Positions 63,631 to 64,000 of a DNA stretch of 64,000 bases are shown here, in pieces. A model generated the notes under the pieces. That model was not told the origin of the DNA. It saw only the letters and a list, made by a program, of their open reading frames with translations, and did not search any database. Each line of letters opens with the position of its first letter. Position 1 is the stretch's first letter. The stretch covers positions 1-64,000 of IMG/VR virus record IMGVR_UViG_3300025168_000039, one strand, 5' to 3'. The position numbers and the translations under genes were made by a program. The stretch is from a virus.

Positions 63631-64000
63631 CTATGATGTAGCTCCAAAAACATTTCCACTATTTGTTACATTTACTGTTGCACCTGAATTTAATCTAACT
63701 GCTTTTCCTGCTGCTCCTCCTGATCCACCTGAGCCAGCGACTCTACAGTTTGCATTTCCACCAGGACCACTACCACCAGCGCCGCCATTACCTACATTAC
63801 CCCAAGTTCCCCCAGTTCCTCCTGTTGAGGCTCCACCTGAAGAACCACTAGTTGCACTATTTGTGGGAGGATCATTAATACTTGCACCAGCACCTCCATT
63901 ACCTCCTGTTAAATTAGTGCAATCACTACAACTCTGCGCTTCAGAATCATAGGTAGTACAACTACGGTAGCCACCACCACCACCGCCGCCTCCACCACCG
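63631..64000 (-). CDS. Polyglycine adhesin, T-even gp38-like C-terminus (5' end outside the window)
   Basis: Manual translation G10-YRSCTTYDSEAQSCSDC...GGTWG...GGAAGKAVRLNSGATVNVTNSGNVFGATS*. Confidence 0.75.
   Translation of the reverse strand, partial: GGGGGGGGGGYRSCTTYDSEAQSCSDCTNLTGGNGGAGASINDPPTNSATSGSSGGASTGGTGGTWGNVGNGGAGGSGPGGNANCRVAGSGGSGGAAGKAVRLNSGATVNVTNSGNVFGATS

Larger units (their letters stand above)
33356..64000. mobile_element. Phage genome segment B (related phage: replication, nucleotide metabolism, glycosylation, terS, ejection and tail genes)
   Basis: Begins mid-gene; carries diverged homologs of about ten genes already present in segment A, mostly in the same order. 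Confidence 0.85.

Noticed and set aside
1-64000. Terminal redundancy or circular overlap of a single genome
   Set aside because: The repeated genes at the two ends are diverged homologs with different inserts, not identical sequence
1-64000. Stop-codon reassignment, introns or inteins
   Set aside because: Core genes (terL, pol, RNR, primase, MCP) are full-length and uninterrupted in the standard code, and all three stops are used

Overview
The window is entirely AT-rich tailed-phage DNA of a podovirus type that resembles marine alphaproteobacterial phages (host inferred, not shown). It is not one genome. Two related but clearly diverged genomes are joined at about 33355. Genome A (1-~33355) has tail, ejection and head genes plus portal and terL on the minus strand, a divergent non-coding control region, early genes, thyX and a primase-helicase. 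Genome B (~33356-64000) has a second thyX and primase-helicase, Tyr762-type family A DNA polymerase, SSB, Cas4-like exonuclease, resolvase, class II RNR, tRNA-Arg, glycosyltransferases and terS, then minus-strand ejection and tail genes homologous to those at 1-8300. The junction fuses the 5' end of one gene to the 3' end of a 2OG-Fe(II) oxygenase gene, so an assembly chimera is the most likely cause. The join allows an A-versus-B comparison, which points to three candidate systems. (1) A short [MFYLK]-x-[KENDQS]-G-G-x-[VIL] motif recurs in the ejection proteins and a cluster of small basic proteins. It brackets interchangeable cargo domains (two unrelated lysozymes) and directly follows an inserted self-cleaving S74 domain, suggesting virion polyprotein processing or capsid targeting. 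(2) A glycosyltransferase plus a trimodular GT-methyltransferase-Maf-like protein, together with VS/SV-rich structural proteins, suggests virion glycosylation. (3) A gp38-like adhesin is followed by a cupin and an asparagine-synthetase-like ligase, suggesting adhesin modification. All product calls come from motif recognition by eye; no searches were run.
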